Source: Terriglobia bacterium (GTDB lineage Bacteria > Acidobacteriota > Polarisedimenticolia > Polarisedimenticolales > JAIQFR01). Taken from it: a stretch of DNA of 64,000 nt. Both the position numbers and the translations under genes were made by a program. This document shows positions 1 to 11,082 of the stretch, piece by piece (the first letter of the stretch is position 1; each line of letters opens with the position of its first letter). The stretch covers positions 480,001 to 544,000 of the forward strand of contig CAVVHE010000004.1 of NCBI GenBank assembly GCA_963748015.1, in the 5' to 3' direction. The notes below the pieces were generated by a model, which made no database searches, had not been told where the DNA came from, and worked only from the letters and a program-made list of their open reading frames with translations.

Positions 1-2
1 CG

Positions 3-743
3 CACCTCGACCGTGGGACCGTCGTGTACGCGGGGGTGGATTACGGCGCCATCCTCGCCGAGGCCGAGAAGGAGGCCGACGTGATCCTGTGGGACGGCGG
101 GAACAACGATCTTCCGTTCTACCTGCCCGATCTCGAGATCTGCGTGGCCGACCCCCATCGCCCCGGGCACGAGCTACGGTACTTCCCGGGCGAGGCGAAC
201 CTGAGGCGCGCGGACGTCGTCGTGATCAACAAGGTCGGGACAGCGACCGCCGAAGGGCTCGAGACGGTCCGCCGCAGCATCGCCGAGGTCAACCCGGGCG
301 CCACGGTCATCGAGGCGGACTCGCCGGTGACGGTGAGCGACCCCGCGGCCGTGAAGGGGAAGCGGGTGCTCGTCATCGAGGACGGTCCCACGCTCACGCA
401 CGGCGAGATGACCTACGGAGCGGGCGTGGTGGCGGCGAAGCAGAACGGCGCGGCGGAGCTGGTGGATCCGCGCCCCTACGCGGTGGGCCGCCTCGCCGAG
501 ACGTTCCGGAAGTACCCGAACACCGGCCCCGTACTGCCGGCCATGGGTTACGGCGAGGAGCAGACGCGGGATCTGGAGGCGACCGTCAAGGCCACGCCGT
601 GCGACCTGGTCGTCATCGGAACGCCGATCGACCTCCGACGGATCATCTCGTTCGACAAACCGACCGTCCGGGTGACCTATGATCTCGCCGAGAGGGGCAA
701 GCCCGATCTCGCCCAAGTTCTCGCCCCGATCCTGGCGCGGTGA
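3..743 (+). CDS. COG2403 / cyclic 2,3-diphosphoglycerate synthetase-family protein, probable arginine synthetase (ArcE-like); 5'-truncated
   Basis: Frame is open from the window edge; motifs VYAGVDY, LWDGGNND, EDGPTLTHG, PAMGY; directly upstream of OTCase. Confidence 0.75.
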   Translation, partial: HLDRGTVVYAGVDYGAILAEAEKEADVILWDGGNNDLPFYLPDLEICVADPHRPGHELRYFPGEANLRRADVVVINKVGTATAEGLETVRRSIAEVNPGATVIEADSPVTVSDPAAVKGKRVLVIEDGPTLTHGEMTYGAGVVAAKQNGAAELVDPRPYAVGRLAETFRKYPNTGPVLPAMGYGEEQTRDLEATVKATPCDLVVIGTPIDLRRIISFDKPTVRVTYDLAERGKPDLAQVLAPILAR

Positions 744-767
744 CGCGCGATTGAGGAGGGATTGGAA

Positions 768-1700
768 GTGAACGTCGAAAGCCTGGCTGGACGCGACCTG
801 GTCTCCTTGATGCAGTGGACCTCCGAGGAAGTGGCGGCGGTCCTGACGCTCGCCGCCGAGCTGAAGGCGAATCCGGCGCACTACGCCAAGGCGCTCGCGG
901 GGAAGACGCTGTTCATGTACTTCGAGAAGCCGTCCCTCAGGACGCGGGTCACCTTCGAGGCCGGGATGACCCAGCTCGGAGGCCACGCGATCTACTACTC
1001 CGCCTCCGACGGGAAGATCGGCGTGAGGGAGAGCGTCGAGGACGTCGCCCGGAACCTCGACCGATGGGTGGACGGCGCGATGTGCCGCACCTTCAGCCAC
1101 GCCCTCGTCGACGATCTCGCGCGGTTCACCGGGATCCCCGTGATCAACGGCCTGACCGACCACCTGCATCCCTGCCAGGCCCTCGCCGACTTCATGACCC
1201 TGCAGGAGGTGGACGAGGAGATCCGCGGGAAGCGCCTGGTCTACATCGGGGACGGCAACAACGTCTCCCACTCCCTCATGGAGACCGGCGCCCGTCTCGG
1301 TGTCCACGTCACGGTGGTGACGCCCGAGGGCTACGGCCCGTCGCCCGACGTGGTGCGGTCGTGCGTCGAGGCAGGGGTCGCGACGGGTGCCTCGATCGGC
1401 GTCGGGACCGACCTGGCCCTCGTCGAGGGCGCGGACGCGATCTACACCGACGTCTGGGCGTCCATGGGGCAGGAGACCGAGGCGGAGGCCCGCCGACGGG
1501 CCTTCATGCCGTACCAGGTCAACGCCGCGCTGATGGCGCGCGCGGGCGGCGATGCCGTGTTCATGCACTGCCTGCCGGCGCACCGCGGCGACGAGGTCAC
1601 CGACGAGGTCGCGGACTCGCCGCAGTCGGTGATCTTCGAGCAGGCGGAGAACCGGTTGCACGCCCAGAAAGCGGTGATGCTCGCCCTGATGGGCGCCTGA
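768..1700 (+). CDS. argF: Ornithine carbamoyltransferase
   Basis: FEKPSLRT, HPCQ, DVWASMG and HCLP motifs; GTG at 768 fits the RBS GAGGAGG. Confidence 0.93.
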   Translation: MNVESLAGRDLVSLMQWTSEEVAAVLTLAAELKANPAHYAKALAGKTLFMYFEKPSLRTRVTFEAGMTQLGGHAIYYSASDGKIGVRESVEDVARNLDRWVDGAMCRTFSHALVDDLARFTGIPVINGLTDHLHPCQALADFMTLQEVDEEIRGKRLVYIGDGNNVSHSLMETGARLGVHVTVVTPEGYGPSPDVVRSCVEAGVATGASIGVGTDLALVEGADAIYTDVWASMGQETEAEARRRAFMPYQVNAALMARAGGDAVFMHCLPAHRGDEVTDEVADSPQSVIFEQAENRLHAQKAVMLALMGA

Positions 1701-1712
1701 GCCCACGCGGCG

Positions 1713-1786
1713 GCTCGTCCCGAGACGGGAGTGCCCCAGCCAGCCCGAAAAAGGGCTGGCTGGGGCACTCCCGTCTCGGGACGAGC
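1713..1786. repeat. Perfect 34-bp inverted repeat (6-nt loop) between convergent genes
   Basis: 1713-1746 is the exact reverse complement of 1753-1786. Confidence 0.95.
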
Positions 1787-1820
1787 GGGCCCTCGCTGCG
1801 AGTGACAGGGGAGTGGGCGA

Positions 1821-2537
1821 CTAGCCGCCCTTGATCGCGGTGTGGATGCAGACGATGCCGCCGGTGAGGGGGAGCCAGCCGACGGCGGCGAAGCCGGACT
1901 CGCGGAGGATGCCGGCGAGAATGGGGGGCTCGGGGAACTCGCCGATCGTCGCGGCGAGATAACGGTAGGGACCCGAGCGGCCGGACACGCCGTCGCCGAC
2001 GCGAGGGAGCACGCGCCGGAGGTAGAGCGAGTAGACGGCCGAGAGGAATCGCGAGGTCGGCCTGCTGAACTCCAGGACGACCAGCCGGCCGCCGGGCCGG
2101 AGGACGCGCAGGATCTCCCGCAGCCCCGCGTCCAGGTCGCAGAAGTTGCGGACGCCGAAGGCGACCGTGACCGCGGCCACGGTACCGTCGGAGAAGGGAA
2201 GCCGGAGGGCGTCGGTTTCGAGGATCGCGCAGCGGGAAGAGAGGCCGCGACGGGCGAACTTGGCCTGGGCGCGGAGCAGCATCGGGTGGGCGAAGTCGGC
2301 GCAGACCACAAGGCTGAGGGGGAGGGCCCGGGCGAGCTCGACCGCGAGGTCGCCCGTGCCTCCGCAGAGGTCGGCGACGGTTTCGGCGGCATCCACCGCC
2401 GCTTCGGCTGCCGCGCGGCGCCGCCAGCCGAGGTCCTGTCCCAGGCTGAGGACCCGGTTCAGCACGTCGTATCGGCGCGCGATCGCCCCGAACATCGCCC
2501 GCACTCGGGCGGGATCCTTGCTCTCCCCGGCCGGCAA
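1821..2537 (-). CDS. ubiE: UbiE/MenG family quinone C-methyltransferase
   Basis: MFGAIARRYDVLNRVLSLG, DLCGGTGD, VAFGVRN, LEFS motifs; TTG start with GGAGG RBS. Confidence 0.9.
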   Translation of the reverse strand: MPAGESKDPARVRAMFGAIARRYDVLNRVLSLGQDLGWRRRAAAEAAVDAAETVADLCGGTGDLAVELARALPLSLVVCADFAHPMLLRAQAKFARRGLSSRCAILETDALRLPFSDGTVAAVTVAFGVRNFCDLDAGLREILRVLRPGGRLVVLEFSRPTSRFLSAVYSLYLRRVLPRVGDGVSGRSGPYRYLAATIGEFPEPPILAGILRESGFAAVGWLPLTGGIVCIHTAIKGG

Positions 2538-2605
2538 AAGGCACCTCCCCGCCCGAGTATACCAATCGGGGAATGCGCCCCGGCCGGCCGGGAGTTGCGC
2601 GGTTC

Positions 2606-2634
2606 TTGACAATCCCGCGGGCGAATGGTAGAAA
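2606..2634 (+). promoter_or_regulatory. sigma70 promoter of the rplM operon
   Basis: TTGACA-17 nt-TAGAAA with extended TG. Confidence 0.7.
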
Positions 2635-2700
2635 GACGCTTTCGCCTGAGGCATTTCTGCGCGCTCGAGGGCGCGGCAAGCACGGAACGAGGAAGGGCGG

Positions 2701-3150
2701 ATGCGGACGTACGTGCCCAAGGCAGGGGACATTCAGAGCGCGTGGTGGATCGTCGACGCCCAGGGCCTGACCCTCGGGCGCCTTTCCACCGTCGTGGCCG
2801 AGCGGCTGAGCGGCAAGCACAAGCCGACCTACACGCCGTTCCTCGACACCGGCGACCACGTCGTCGTCGTGAACGCCGAGAAGGTCCGGCTCACGGGCCG
2901 CAAGCTCAAGGACAAGATGTATCGGCACCACACGGGCTACCCCGGGGGCCTCAAGGAGATCCCCGCAGGAAAGCTCCTCGCGAAGCACCCGGAGCGTTTG
3001 ATCGAGTTCGCGGTGAAGGGGATGCTGCCGAAGGGACCTCTCGGTCGGCAGATGGTGCGGAAGCTCAAGGTGTATGCCGGCGACCGCCATCCGCACGAGG
3101 CTCAGAAGCCCCAGGCGCTCCCGATTCCCGACGCAGCACGGGCTCGATAG
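2701..3150 (+). CDS. rplM: 50S ribosomal protein L13
   Basis: [22 protein letters not shown]. Confidence 0.98.
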   Translation: MRTYVPKAGDIQSAWWIVDAQGLTLGRLSTVVAERLSGKHKPTYTPFLDTGDHVVVVNAEKVRLTGRKLKDKMYRHHTGYPGGLKEIPAGKLLAKHPERLIEFAVKGMLPKGPLGRQMVRKLKVYAGDRHPHEAQKPQALPIPDAARAR

Positions 3151-3174
3151 CGGCACGGAAGGAGAGGACCGAAC

Positions 3175-3573
3175 TTGAAAGAGGGCGCGATCCAGTACTA
3201 CGGAACCGGCCGGCGCAAGACCTCCTCGGCGCGAGTCTACCTCCGCCCCGGCTCGGGCAGCATCCGGGTGAACAACAAGCCGTTCGACGAGTACTTCCCG
3301 AACGAGATGCTCAAGATGATCATCCGGCAGCCGCTGGTGATCACCGAGACCGCGGACAAGTTCGACCTCCACGTCCGGGTTTGCGGCGGCGGCTGCTCCG
3401 GTCAGGCCGGCGCGCTGCGCCACGGCATCGCCCGGGCCCTCCTGACCTATAACCCGGAGCTGCGGGGCCGTCTCAAGGAGGCGGGATTCCTGACGCGCGA
3501 TCCTCGCAAGGTGGAGCGGAAGAAGTACGGCCGGCCGGGCGCCCGCAAGCGCTTCCAGTTCTCGAAGCGGTAG
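3175..3573 (+). CDS. rpsI: 30S ribosomal protein S9
   Basis: GTGRRKTS ... [10 protein letters not shown]. Confidence 0.98.
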   Translation: MKEGAIQYYGTGRRKTSSARVYLRPGSGSIRVNNKPFDEYFPNEMLKMIIRQPLVITETADKFDLHVRVCGGGCSGQAGALRHGIARALLTYNPELRGRLKEAGFLTRDPRKVERKKYGRPGARKRFQFSKR

Positions 3574-3611
3574 GGCGGCGCGGACCCGATTCCAGAAAGG
3601 GAGGCAAGCTT

Positions 3612-4526
3612 TTGGTTTCCGTGACGATGAAGGATCTCCTGGAGGCCGGCGTTCACTTCGGCCACCAGACGCGGCGCTGGAACCCGAAGATGAAGGAGTA
3701 CATCTACGGGGCCAGGAACGGCATCTACATCATCGACCTCCAGAAGTCGATCCGGAAGCTGCGAGATGCCCTGGCTTTCGTCCACGACCTCGCCTCCAAC
3801 GGGGGGACGGTGCTGTTCGTGGGGACGAAGCGGCAGGCGCAGGAAGTGATCGCCGAAGAGGCGGCGCGATGCGGTCTGTTCCACGTCAATCAGCGCTGGC
3901 TCGGCGGGACGCTCACGAACTTCGCGACGATCCGCAAGAGCCTGAACCGCCTTCGCGAGCTCGAGGAAACGAGCAGCGTCGAGCGCGCGGCGCACTTCAC
4001 CAAGAAAGAGGCCGCCCGCCTCGAGAAGGAGCGCGAGCGTCTCGACAAGGCCCTGATGGGAATCAAGAACATGGAAGGGCTGCCGCAGGCCCTGTTCGTC
4101 GTGGATCCCCAGAAGGAGAAGATCGCCGTGGCCGAGGCCAACAAGCTCGGCATCCCGGTGATAGCGATCGTGGACACCAACTGCGATCCCGAGCCCATCC
4201 AGTACCCGATCCCCGGGAACGACGACGCGATCCGGGCGATCAAGCTGTTCGCCGGGAAGTTCGCCGACGCGATCATCGAGGGGCGGGGGCTGTGGGAAGC
4301 GGTACGGCGCGAGCGAGAGGCCGAGGCCGAGAAGCGCTCGGCGGCCGGAGTGCAGAACATCGCCGAGCGAGTCCGCGCCCGGGAAGCCCGGCGGGAGAAG
4401 CTGCGCGCCCAGGCGCACGCGGCTCGCGGCGGAAGGTCGCGCGGCGGAGCCCCGTCCGGCGGCCAGCGGCAGGGCGGCGCCGAGGCCCCGGTCACGACGG
4501 CGGACGAGCCGGGCGCGGCGGAGTAG
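3612..4526 (+). CDS. rpsB: 30S ribosomal protein S2 with C-terminal extension
   Basis: [22 protein letters not shown]. Confidence 0.98.
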   Translation: MVSVTMKDLLEAGVHFGHQTRRWNPKMKEYIYGARNGIYIIDLQKSIRKLRDALAFVHDLASNGGTVLFVGTKRQAQEVIAEEAARCGLFHVNQRWLGGTLTNFATIRKSLNRLRELEETSSVERAAHFTKKEAARLEKERERLDKALMGIKNMEGLPQALFVVDPQKEKIAVAEANKLGIPVIAIVDTNCDPEPIQYPIPGNDDAIRAIKLFAGKFADAIIEGRGLWEAVRREREAEAEKRSAAGVQNIAERVRAREARREKLRAQAHAARGGRSRGGAPSGGQRQGGAEAPVTTADEPGAAE

Positions 4527-4545
4527 GCTCGCAACGGAATTCTTC

Positions 4546-4582
4546 GAGCCCCGACGCGGCACGGCCCGCGCCGGGGCTTTTT
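4546..4582 (+). terminator. Intrinsic terminator/attenuator-like hairpin between rpsB and tsf
   Basis: GC-rich stem GAGCCCCG...CGGGGCTT followed by a T run. Confidence 0.5.
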
Positions 4583-4633
4583 GATGCCGGCTCCCCCGCA
4601 CGGGGGGCGGCGTTCGGATGGAGAGACCCCGAG

Positions 4634-5233
4634 ATGGAAATCACCGCAGCCGTCGTCAAGCAGCTCCGCGAGAAGACCGGTGTCGGGATGATGGAGTGCA
4701 AGAGCGCCTTGGTCGAGTCCGCCGGCGACGTCGCCGAGGCGGAGAAGATCCTGCGCAAGCGCGGGGTCGCCGCCGCCGCGAAGAAGGCCGGCAGGGCCAC
4801 CGGCGAGGGCGCGGTCGCGGCGTACATCCACACCGGCGGGAAGATCGGCGTCCTCGTGGAGATCAACTGCGAGACCGACTTCGCCGCGAGAAGCGCGGAC
4901 TTCCAGTCGCTGGTCCACGACGTCGCGATGCACGTCGCCGCGGCCGCGCCGCGCTTCGTGCGGCGCGAGGACGTCTTGGAGAGCGTCCTGGCGGAGGAGC
5001 GGGAGATCGCGAGGGACCAGGCGGCGAAGTCCGGCAAGCCCGCCCAGGTCGTGGACAAGATCGTCGAGGGCAAGCTGGAGAAGTTCTACGCCGAGGCTTG
5101 TCTCCTCGATCAGCCGTTCGTCAAGGACCCGGACAAGACGGTGGGCCAGCTCGTGACGGCCGCGGTCGCCCGGATCGGCGAGAACATCCAAGTGAGACGC
5201 TTCGCCCGTTTCGTCCTCGGGGAAGACATCTGA
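4634..5233 (+). CDS. tsf: Elongation factor Ts (short form)
   Basis: VKQLREKTGVGMMECK, EINCETDF. Confidence 0.97.
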   Translation: MEITAAVVKQLREKTGVGMMECKSALVESAGDVAEAEKILRKRGVAAAAKKAGRATGEGAVAAYIHTGGKIGVLVEINCETDFAARSADFQSLVHDVAMHVAAAAPRFVRREDVLESVLAEEREIARDQAAKSGKPAQVVDKIVEGKLEKFYAEACLLDQPFVKDPDKTVGQLVTAAVARIGENIQVRRFARFVLGEDI

Positions 5234-5317
5234 TCTTTCCCCCCGCGCCCCTTCCGGGCGCGGGCACGGGTCGGGGGCGCGCCGCGGCACGCCCCGGGGC
5301 GGAGCGCGGGGGCCGTC

Positions 5318-6037
5318 ATGGATCGACCGCTTCGCTACCGAAGGATCCTGCTCAAGCTGTCGGGAGAGGCCCTTCTCGGAGAGCGCTCCCACGGGATCGA
5401 CACCGGAATCGTCGGCCGGCTCTCGGACGAGATCCGGGAGATCCACGATATGGGGGTCGAGCTGGCCCTCGTGGTGGGCGGGGGGAACATCTACCGCGGC
5501 AGCGAGGCCGCCGCCGCGGGAATGGACCGCGTCACCGGGGACCACATGGGCATGCTCGCGACGCTCATGAACTCGTTGGCGCTCCAGGACGCCCTCGAGA
5601 ACCGCTCCATCGTGACCCGCGTTCTCTCCGCGATCGAGATCCGGCAGGTCGCGGAGCCGTTCATCAGGCGCCGCGCGCTGCGGCACCTCGAGAAGGGGCG
5701 GGTCGTGATCCTCGCCGCGGGCACCGGGAATCCCTACTTCACCACCGACAGCGCCGCGGCCTTGAGGGCCATGGAGATGAAGGCCGAGGTGCTCCTCAAG
5801 GCCACCAAGGTGGACGGAGTGTACACGGCCGATCCGGTCAAGGATCCGTCCGCGACCCTGCTGAAGCACGTCGGTTACCTCGAGGCCCTCGAGCGCGGGC
5901 TCCGCGTGATGGACACCACCGCGATCTCGCTCTGCATGGACAACCGGCTCCCGATCGTCGTGTTCAACATCCGGGTGCCCGGGAACATCCGGAGGATCGT
6001 CCTCGGGGAGGACATCGGTTCCACCGTTTCCGGGTGA
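5318..6037 (+). CDS. pyrH: UMP kinase
   Basis: [19 protein letters not shown]. Confidence 0.98.
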   Translation: MDRPLRYRRILLKLSGEALLGERSHGIDTGIVGRLSDEIREIHDMGVELALVVGGGNIYRGSEAAAAGMDRVTGDHMGMLATLMNSLALQDALENRSIVTRVLSAIEIRQVAEPFIRRRALRHLEKGRVVILAAGTGNPYFTTDSAAALRAMEMKAEVLLKATKVDGVYTADPVKDPSATLLKHVGYLEALERGLRVMDTTAISLCMDNRLPIVVFNIRVPGNIRRIVLGEDIGSTVSG

Positions 6038-6127
6038 CGCCGGATCGAGGCCGGTCGAGCAGGAGCCGTCAGAAAAGCGCCGCGGGGCCAGGACCTGGCA
6101 GGGCCGCGAGCCGGAGGCTAGCTGAAC

Positions 6128-6688
6128 ATGGACGTCAAGACGATCCTGGACCAGATGGAGAAGAAGATGGCGGCGACTTTCGCCGACGCGCGGCACAAGC
6201 TCGCCGCCGTGCGGACGGGGCGCGCCTCGCTCGCCCTGTTCGACGGGGTGATGGTGGACTACTACGGGACGCCGACGCCCTTGAATCAGGTGGCGAAGCT
6301 CTCGATCCCGGAGCCCACGCTGATCGTCGCCCAGCCGTTCGACCCCTCGACGCTGAGCGCCATCGAGAAGGCGATCCAGTCCTCGGACCTCGGGCTGAAC
6401 CCGAGCAACGACGGGAAGCTGATCCGCATCCCGATCCCGCCGCTGACCGAGGAGCGCCGGAAGCAGCTCGTGAAGAAGGTCCACGGTCTCGGCGAGGAAG
6501 CGAAGACCGCCCTCCGGCAGCTCCGCCGAGACGCCAACGAAGAGGTCAAGAAGATCGAGAAGTCGGGCGAGATCTCCGAGGACGACGCGCGCCGCGGCCT
6601 CGAGGACATCCAGAAGAAGACCGATCGCTTCTCGGGAGATGTCGACACGCTCGGCAAGAACAAGGAAAAAGAGCTGATGGAGGTCTGA
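6128..6688 (+). CDS. frr: Ribosome recycling factor
   Basis: RTGRAS, YYGTPTPL, PPLTEERR. Confidence 0.98.
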   Translation: MDVKTILDQMEKKMAATFADARHKLAAVRTGRASLALFDGVMVDYYGTPTPLNQVAKLSIPEPTLIVAQPFDPSTLSAIEKAIQSSDLGLNPSNDGKLIRIPIPPLTEERRKQLVKKVHGLGEEAKTALRQLRRDANEEVKKIEKSGEISEDDARRGLEDIQKKTDRFSGDVDTLGKNKEKELMEV

Positions 6689-6743
6689 CGTCCGGCGTCT
6701 TGCGACGCGGACCGTCGGCCTCGTGGGCTGCCCGGGGAAGCGC

Positions 6744-7916
6744 ATGCGGGAGATCGCGGGGATCGTGGTCGCCGCCGGGCGGGGGAACCGCCTGGGTGGG
6801 GACATCCCCAAGCAGTTTCGGAGGATCGGCGGCCGGACGCTGATCGACCGGGCGGTGGCCGCGCTCGCGACGCGGCCGTCCGTGTCGGGAGTGGTCGTCG
6901 TGCTCCCTCAAGATCTCTTGACCGGGGCAGGGGCGGACGAGGTGCGCCGGCTGCCCGGCGTCTTCGCCGTCGCGGGGGGTGGCGAGACGCGCGCGCGCTC
7001 CGTCCGTCTCGGGCTCGACGCGGCGGGGCCGTGCCGCTTCGCGCTGGTCCACGACGCGGCGCGCCCGCTGGTTTCCGCGGAGGTGGTCGACGCGGTCGTC
7101 GAGGCGACCGTCCGCCACGGCGCGGCGGTGCCCGTCGTTCCGGTTCCCGACACCGTGAAGGAGGACGACGGAAACGGCTTCTGCTCGAGGACCGTGGACC
7201 GATCGCTCCTTCGACTCGCGCAGACGCCCCAGGGATCCCGCGCCGACTGGCTCCTCGAGGCGCTCGATCTCGCGCGGAGCGAGAACATGGAGCCGACCGA
7301 CGAGGCGCAGGCGCTCGAGCGCGCCGGCCGGCGCGTCGCGCTGGTTCCGGGCGATCCCGGGAACGCGAAGATCACGGATCCGTCCGACCTCGAGGCCGCG
7401 AGGCGGCGTTTGGGGGGAATCCCGATGGGTCTGAGGGTCGGGACAGGGTTCGACGTGCACGCGTTCGAGGCCGGCAGGTCCCTCGTGCTGGGGGGCGTTC
7501 CGTTCCCGGGGGAGACGGGACTCGCCGGCCACTCCGACGCCGACGTCGTCCTGCACGCCGCCATGGACGCCCTGCTCGGAGCGGCGGCACTCGGAGACAT
7601 CGGCGTCCACTTCCCGCCCGGAGACCCGAGGTTCGCCGGCGCGGCGAGCACCGTTCTTGCTCGCGAGGTCGTCCGCCTCCTGCGCGAAAGCGGCTTCGAG
7701 ATCGTGAACCTGGACCTGACGCTGCTGGCCGAGCGGCCGCGCATCCGGGCGCGGGCCGAGGAGATGCGATCGCAGATCGCCGCCTGCCTGGGTGTCGCGG
7801 CCGGCCGGGTCGGCCTCAAGGCGACGACCCTGGAGGGTCTCGGCGCCCTCGGCCGGGGAGAGGGGATCGCGTGCCAGGCCGTGGCACTCGTTCGCGAGAT
7901 CGGGGAGGACGAGTGA
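6744..7916 (+). CDS. ispDF: Bifunctional IspD/IspF (MEP pathway)
   Basis: N-terminal AAGRGNRLG, HDAARP, QTPQ; C-terminal GFDVH, HSDADV, GDIG. Confidence 0.95.
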   Translation: MREIAGIVVAAGRGNRLGGDIPKQFRRIGGRTLIDRAVAALATRPSVSGVVVVLPQDLLTGAGADEVRRLPGVFAVAGGGETRARSVRLGLDAAGPCRFALVHDAARPLVSAEVVDAVVEATVRHGAAVPVVPVPDTVKEDDGNGFCSRTVDRSLLRLAQTPQGSRADWLLEALDLARSENMEPTDEAQALERAGRRVALVPGDPGNAKITDPSDLEAARRRLGGIPMGLRVGTGFDVHAFEAGRSLVLGGVPFPGETGLAGHSDADVVLHAAMDALLGAAALGDIGVHFPPGDPRFAGAASTVLAREVVRLLRESGFEIVNLDLTLLAERPRIRARAEEMRSQIAACLGVAAGRVGLKATTLEGLGALGRGEGIACQAVALVREIGEDE

Positions 7917-8755
7917 CCCGCCGCCCCGGCGCAACCGCGTCGTCCCGCGCGGGCCGGCCGAGGCCGTCCGGCGAGAGCCCCGGCCCGGCGCCGGATGCCG
8001 CCGAGATGCTCTACGGAGTCCACCCGGTCCTCGAGGCGCTGGAGGCGGGCAAGAGGACGATCGATCGCATCCTGGTCGCCCGCGATGAAGTTTCGGGGCT
8101 GGGCAGGATCCTGCGGCAGGCGAGGGAGTCCGGGGTTCCGGTGACCCACCTCCCGAAAGAGGTGCTCGCGAGGAAGGTCGGCCGGCGGGAGGTGCACCAG
8201 GGCGTCGTGGCGATCGTGTCCGCGGTGCCGTATGCGGATCCGGACGAGCTTTGCCGGGCCGCGGCCTCCCGCGACAACGGCCTTCTCGTGGCGCTCGACG
8301 GGGTCGAGGATCCGAGGAATCTGGGCGCCACGGTTCGATCGTCCGCGGCGGCCGGGGCGGACGGCCTGCTGCTGGGCGTCGAGGGGTCCGTCGGCTTGAC
8401 CCCGGTAGCCGCCAAGGCGTCCGCCGGTGCGGTGGAGAGGCTGCCGGTCGCCCGGGAGCCTCGGCTGAGGCAGCGGCTGCTGGCCTTGAGGGAGGCGGGG
8501 TTCCGGGTGCTCGGCCTCGATTCGAAGGGGTCCTCGGCCTGGGACGGGTTGGAGCTATCCGGCCGCAACGTTCTCGTGGCGGGAGGGGAGGGGCGCGGCC
8601 TCCGAAGGAGCATCGCGGAGGTCTGCGATCACCGGGTTCGCATTCCGCTCGAGCACGGCGTGGAGTCGCTGAACGTCTCGGTGGCGGTCGCGGTGGTCCT
8701 GTTCGAGGTGGTTCGCCAGCGTCGCCGCGCCGGCCAGCGGGGAAGAGAAGACTGA
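7913..8755 (+). CDS. rlmB: 23S rRNA Gm2251 2'-O-methyltransferase (start 7913 or 8006)
   Basis: YGVHPVLEAL, HQGV, DPRNLGA, ESLNVSVA SPOUT motifs. Confidence 0.93.
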   Translation: MTRRPGATASSRAGRPRPSGESPGPAPDAAEMLYGVHPVLEALEAGKRTIDRILVARDEVSGLGRILRQARESGVPVTHLPKEVLARKVGRREVHQGVVAIVSAVPYADPDELCRAAASRDNGLLVALDGVEDPRNLGATVRSSAAAGADGLLLGVEGSVGLTPVAAKASAGAVERLPVAREPRLRQRLLALREAGFRVLGLDSKGSSAWDGLELSGRNVLVAGGEGRGLRRSIAEVCDHRVRIPLEHGVESLNVSVAVAVVLFEVVRQRRRAGQRGRED

Positions 8756-8772
8756 AAATCCGTGCCAGCCCC

Positions 8773-8801
8773 TTGAAAGGGAAGGGGAGCGCTGGTAACA
8801 T
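8773..8801 (+). promoter_or_regulatory. sigma70 promoter of the tRNA-tuf cluster
   Basis: TTGAAA-17 nt-TAACAT with extended TG. Confidence 0.7.
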
Positions 8802-8819
8802 CTGCCGTTTGTCAAGGCG

Positions 8820-8894
8820 GCTGGCGTAGCTCAGGGGTAGAGCAGCGGTTTTGTAAACCGCCGGTCAGGGGTTCAAATCCCTTCGCCAGCTCCA
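8820..8894 (+). tRNA. tRNA-Thr(TGT)
   Basis: Cloverleaf, anticodon loop TTTGTAA, encoded CCA. Confidence 0.97.
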
Positions 8895-8987
8895 GGAGCG
8901 GACCGGCAAGGGAGCCGGCCGGCGGCGTCCGGGAGCTGGGAAAAGGTGAAGAGAACGATGGGCCGGCGCGACGTCGAGGGACGGTGC

Positions 8988-9074
8988 GGAGAGGTTCCCG
9001 AGCGGTCAAAGGGAGCAGACTGTAAATCTGCCGGCCTTGCGCCTTCGGAGGTTCGAATCCTCCCCTCTCCACCA
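8988..9074 (+). tRNA. tRNA-Tyr(GTA)
   Basis: Long variable arm, loop CTGTAAA, CCA. Confidence 0.97.
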
Positions 9075-9112
9075 TATGCGGGGACGAAGAGAAGCGCCGA
9101 GAGAGTTTTTGG

Positions 9113-9188
9113 GCGGGAATAGCTCAGCTGGTAGAGCATCAGCCTTCCAAGCTGAGGGTCGCGGGTTCGAATCCCGTTTCCCGCTCCA
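9113..9188 (+). tRNA. tRNA-Gly(TCC)
   Basis: Loop CTTCCAA, CCA. Confidence 0.97.
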
Positions 9189-9245
9189 CACGATGCGAGG
9201 GATTCCGCGGACGCGCGGCCCTGGCGGAGGATGGCGGCCCACTGG

Positions 9246-9321
<76 letters not shown>

Positions 9322-9464
9322 CGCGTCCCGGCGCGAGGGCGGTGCGCAGCGGGGTCCGGAAGACGATCGGGATGGTCCTCCCGCGGCGGCGGTGAGGGCC
9401 GGGGGCACGGGGCGATTGAGCCGTTCTCGCGGCGGGACGCCGGGACGGCGGAGAAGGAGTGCCG

Positions 9465-10652
<1,188 letters not shown>

Positions 10653-10676
10653 CCGAGATCGAGTAGCGGAGAGAAC

Positions 10677-10826
10677 ATGCGCGAGAACGTGACGCTCCAG
10701 TGCGGCGGGTGCAAGCAGCGTAACTACGTTACGACGAAGAACAAGAAGACGACCACGGGAAAGCTCGAGCTGAGCAAGTACTGCCGGTTCTGCCGCAAGC
10801 ACACGCCCCACAAGGAGACGAAGTAG
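10677..10826 (+). CDS. rpmG: 50S ribosomal protein L33, Zn-binding type (absent from ORF track)
   Basis: Manual translation [17 protein letters not shown]...[16 protein letters not shown]. Confidence 0.97.
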   Translation: MRENVTLQCGGCKQRNYVTTKNKKTTTGKLELSKYCRFCRKHTPHKETK

Positions 10827-10866
10827 CTTCCTCTTCCCGGCGCGGGCGAGAGCCGCGGCGGGGAGC

Positions 10867-11082
10867 GTGGAGATCAACGTGGGCTGGTTCCAGAGATTGA
10901 AGACGTTCCTGGTGGAGGTCTGGGCCGAGCTCCAGAAGACCTCTTGGCCCGGCCGGCGAGAGGTCTACGGGACGACCGTCGTGGTGATCGTCGCGGTGCT
11001 GATCTGCGCGGCGTATCTCTACGTCGTGGACCGGGCGCTGGATTCCGGTCTGCAGTTCCTGTTCACGACCCTGGGGAAATGA
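10867..11082 (+). CDS. secE: Preprotein translocase subunit SecE
   Basis: ELQKTSWP followed by one TM helix; position before nusG. Confidence 0.93.
   Translation: MEINVGWFQRLKTFLVEVWAELQKTSWPGRREVYGTTVVVIVAVLICAAYLYVVDRALDSGLQFLFTTLGK

Noticed and set aside
768..1700. N-acetyl- or N-succinyl-ornithine transcarbamylase because of the SLRT motif
   Set aside because: The DVWASMG loop and HCLPAHRG are of the ordinary OTCase type
6744..7916. IspD-IspF fusion as a novelty
   Set aside because: Bifunctional IspDF is well known in several phyla
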